Below are positions 61,279 through 64,000 of a stretch of DNA of 64,000 nt, in pieces. The notes under the pieces are model-generated. The model ran no database searches, was not told the origin of the DNA, and saw only the letters and a list, made by a program, of their open reading frames with translations. Position 1 is the first letter of the stretch. The number at the start of each line of letters is the position of its first letter. Both the position numbers and the translations under genes were made by a program. This DNA comes from Candidatus Latescibacterota bacterium. GTDB taxonomy: Bacteria > Latescibacterota > UBA2968 > UBA8231. The DNA lies in NCBI GenBank assembly GCA_965197905.1, contig CBDAOB010000005.1, positions 256,001-320,000 of the forward strand. Reading direction: 5' to 3'.

Positions 61279-62508
61279 ATGGAGTGCCTTGCGCCGACGG
61301 CCCGCATCTGCTGCCTCGATCTGGACACCTTCTTCGTCTCGGTCGAGCGACTCTTCCGGCCCAACCTGATCGGCCAGCCGGTGGTGGTCGGCGCCCTGCC
61401 GGGGACCCGGGGTGTCGTCACCGCAGCCAGCTACGAAGTGCGCGCCTTCGGAGTCCGCGCTGGCATGCCGATTGCCGAAGCGTACCGGCTGGCGCCACAC
61501 GCGGTCTACCTCTCGGGTAGGCACGGCGAATACGGAAAATATGCGCGACGGGTGCGGGAGATTCTCGAGCGCTACACGCCGATCGTCCGCACCGCGAGCA
61601 TCGACGAGTATTTCCTCGACTTCCGACGCTGTGAGCGCCTCTACCGCAAGAATGGCGACTCCGACGGCGATGCGACGATCGAGCGGGTCGTGCGCGAAAT
61701 CTGCCATTCGATCCGGACCGAGACCGGTCTGCCTGCCAGTGCGGGCATCGCTACGTCGCGGCCGGTCGCCAAGATCGCGTCGGGCGTTGCCAAGCCAGCA
61801 GGCGTGCGAATCGTGCACGGAGGCGAGGAGCGCATCTTTATCGAGCCACTCCCCTGCCGCAAGTGGCCCGGCATCGGGCCGGTCACCGATGAACGGCTCC
61901 GGTCATCCGGCATAAGCACCCTCGGCCAACTGCTGTCGTTACCGGAGAAATCTCAAGAAGCATCCCTCGTCGCTTCTGTTCGCCAGGTGTTCTCCGGCGA
62001 GTTTGCGAACAAGCTCGGGCGCGACCGCCCTGCCTTTCGCGAGCATGACCCGAAGGGGCTGACCCTCGGCAGCATCTCCAACGAAAGCACTTTTGGGCAC
62101 GACGTCGGCGACCTGGAGTCCATCCACGCGCGCCTGCGCTCCCTGTGCGAGCGCGTCAGCTGGCGGGCGCGGCAACGCGACGTCTACGCACGGACAATCA
62201 CCCTCAAGCTTCGCTACGCCGACTTCGAGACCCTCACCCGGGCACGCACCATAAAGCCGACGAACGTCGACGCGCGGGTTCTCGCCTGCGTTAAGCAGCT
62301 CTTCCGCGACAACTACGACGGCAAGCGGGAAGTTCGGTTACTGGGCATCGCCCTGTCGGGCCTCGAGGAGACCCCCTGGCAACTCGAGCTGTTCGACGGA
62401 TGCCAGCGTCCGCCGATGCAGAACGCGATCGACGCGGTGCGCAAGCGCTTCGGATACGATGCGATTCGCCTCGGTCATGCGCCGCGACCGAGGCGAACCG
62501 GGTTTTAG
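61279..62508 (+). CDS. dinB: DNA polymerase IV (Y family)
   Basis: LDLDTFFVSVE, GVV.AASYE.R.FG, SIDE, AKIAS..KP.G, WPGIG, TLKLRY.DF, QLELF clamp motif. Confidence 0.93.
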   Translation: MECLAPTARICCLDLDTFFVSVERLFRPNLIGQPVVVGALPGTRGVVTAASYEVRAFGVRAGMPIAEAYRLAPHAVYLSGRHGEYGKYARRVREILERYTPIVRTASIDEYFLDFRRCERLYRKNGDSDGDATIERVVREICHSIRTETGLPASAGIATSRPVAKIASGVAKPAGVRIVHGGEERIFIEPLPCRKWPGIGPVTDERLRSSGISTLGQLLSLPEKSQEASLVASVRQVFSGEFANKLGRDRPAFREHDPKGLTLGSISNESTFGHDVGDLESIHARLRSLCERVSWRARQRDVYARTITLKLRYADFETLTRARTIKPTNVDARVLACVKQLFRDNYDGKREVRLLGIALSGLEETPWQLELFDGCQRPPMQNAIDAVRKRFGYDAIRLGHAPRPRRTGF

Positions 62509-62622
62509 CAGTAGGGCTGCCGACTGGTAACGGCGCGCGGGCATTCATGGGGGTGGCGCAGACATGCTCAGCTCAAAGGGGTCGCACGTGCCGCCTCGCT
62601 CCGATGAGTCCGAGAGCAAGGC

Positions 62623-63330
62623 TCATGCCGACGCAACGCGAAGGCCAAGACAGCGGTGCCGCAGATCGGGTGGGTCTTCATGACGGTGAGCCGCCCAGAA
62701 CGGTGAGGGCTCGTTCGTCATGAACGAACCACCGACAAGAACGCGGTTAGTTTGAGCCGGTTTGCCTGTGGGAGTATTGGTGGGTGGATCATCGGCAACA
62801 TCGATATAGAGGTCTGCCAACCATTGCCAGATGTTTCCGACCATATCGTAGAGTCCAAATCCATTGGGCTCAAAGGATCCAACCGGCAAAGGAGCCCCGT
62901 CGTCAGGCTGACCATACCAGCAGCGGCCGCGGGGATCGTCGTTGCCCCAGGGGTGACGCATGCCGTCCAAGCCGCCACGCGCCGCTTTCTCCCACTCATC
63001 CGCATGCGGGAGCCGATAGGCACGGCCGGTCTTGTCGCTCAACCATGCGCAATACGCATCCGCGTCTTCGGCAGACACACCGCACACAGGTAGACGCGGA
63101 TCGGCGAGAACACGGTCGTTCCAGTCCAGCGGAAGCGGATGATCGGTATCCTTGACGAATCGCTCGTATTCCCCGCGGATCACGGTGTGGCGGGCGATCT
63201 GATACTCCTTCACTTCGACCTGCTTGGGACCACGCCAACGGTGGAGCGGGAAATCGTCGGGACAGCGAGGCGCGCCGAGTGTGACGATACCTGCCGGGAT
63301 CGTCACCATCTGTGGCTCAAGTGGACTCAT
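62623..63330 (-). CDS. FGE-sulfatase (SUMF1-like) domain protein
   Basis: PVCGVS..DA.AYC.WLS..G..YRLP..EWEKAARGG, PNGFGLYDMVGN.W.W. Confidence 0.85.
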   Translation of the reverse strand: MSPLEPQMVTIPAGIVTLGAPRCPDDFPLHRWRGPKQVEVKEYQIARHTVIRGEYERFVKDTDHPLPLDWNDRVLADPRLPVCGVSAEDADAYCAWLSDKTGRAYRLPHADEWEKAARGGLDGMRHPWGNDDPRGRCWYGQPDDGAPLPVGSFEPNGFGLYDMVGNIWQWLADLYIDVADDPPTNTPTGKPAQTNRVLVGGSFMTNEPSPFWAAHRHEDPPDLRHRCLGLRVASA

Positions 63331-64000
63331 GCCGACACCTCCGTTAGTCGAACGGCGCGCTCGGTCGTGCTACTCTGCTCCACCGCTAAAAGGACGCGAA
63401 CGATTTGCTCCGCTGTCTCGAGCGTGACCGGCCACGGCTCTCGCTTCTCGATACACTTCAAGAATTGTCCTACCTCGTCATGGTAGCACGACTCGTAGTT
63501 GTAGCCCTCGGGCTCGTCGATGCGGGTCCAGGTCTTCTCTGCCGCCTCGTACTGTTGCAGACACTTGTCCAACGTTGACCACTTGACCGTTGATTTGTCC
63601 GTCGCTAATCGAATCGACCGTTCGTGGGTGCGATCGACGAGGTCGAGGTGGATCGACAACGCCGGCCCGTTGCGAAACTCGATGATGATGGCCTGCTGGT
63701 CGGGCGTGCCGTCCGCCAATTCCAGCGAACTGGTCTTGGCTTCCCGGCAGGTGACGGCGCCGACGGCATGATCGATCACCCAGAAGATCCACACTAGCTC
63801 CTGCGCGAGGATATCGAGGTTGCCGCCGCCCATCGACTTGCTGGACGCGTAAAACGTGCGGTAATCCTCGTAGGGATGCCAATCCGGCAAATACATGCCG
63901 CACGCGTAGCTCGCGGCAAGGACTGGACCACCGAGCGCTCCGGTTGACTACTCCTTCAGGGCTCGACCAAGCGGATGATACAGTACCTGACAGCCCGGCG
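63327..64000 (-). CDS. Gfo/Idh/MocA oxidoreductase, 5'-truncated by the window, in-frame TAG at 63948-63950
   Basis: YHP...LKE*STGALG...YLPDWHPYEDYR.FY...GGG..D...EL. Confidence 0.75.

Noticed and set aside
62623..63330. True formylglycine-generating enzyme
   Set aside because: Lacks the catalytic Cys pair in the GGS...C...C region; FGE-fold only.
185..63903. Numerous long overlapping antisense or alternate-frame ORFs (e.g. 9802-10911, 27065-28114, 38027-39034, 40231-41034, 44129-45097)
   Set aside because: Shadow ORFs expected at high GC, overlapping well-supported genes, Arg/Pro/Ala-rich and without motifs.

Overview
GC-rich bacterial chromosomal segment, most consistent with an FCB-group organism such as Candidatus Latescibacterota (an inference from the large secreted proteins with C-terminal FlgD-Ig/T9SS-like tails). 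1-40 kb is mostly core or metabolic: gatB, an S9 peptidase, TIM-barrel epimerases, glycosyl-related genes, a class III aminotransferase, a GH106-like hydrolase, a GAF/HD-GYP protein, an M6 metalloprotease, guaA, tyrS and a VOC protein. It also holds a 7-gene minus-strand envelope cluster: OM barrel, a 55-aa MbnP-like remnant, an MbnH/MauG di-heme protein, an L-domain and two NHL lipoproteins, and cytochrome P460. The best signal is an unannotated Tyr-rich leader peptide (MNMTLKSYYYRLEKQYGG) with its own promoter and competing terminator/antiterminator directly upstream of tyrS, i.e. a putative ribosome-dependent tyrosine attenuator. After tRNA-Val(TAC) at 40220-40296 lies a mosaic accessory region. 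It contains a mer-type promoter driving a MerR-thioredoxin-MerC triple fusion, duplicated small-protein/MerR-like wHTH/HEAT-CBM9 lipoprotein modules, an IS3 left-end remnant, two histidine kinases (one compositionally chimeric), an HDOD protein, an orphan fliG and dinB. About ten genes carry single-base frameshifts or in-frame TAGs, which suggests residual sequencing error, so pseudogene calls are provisional.
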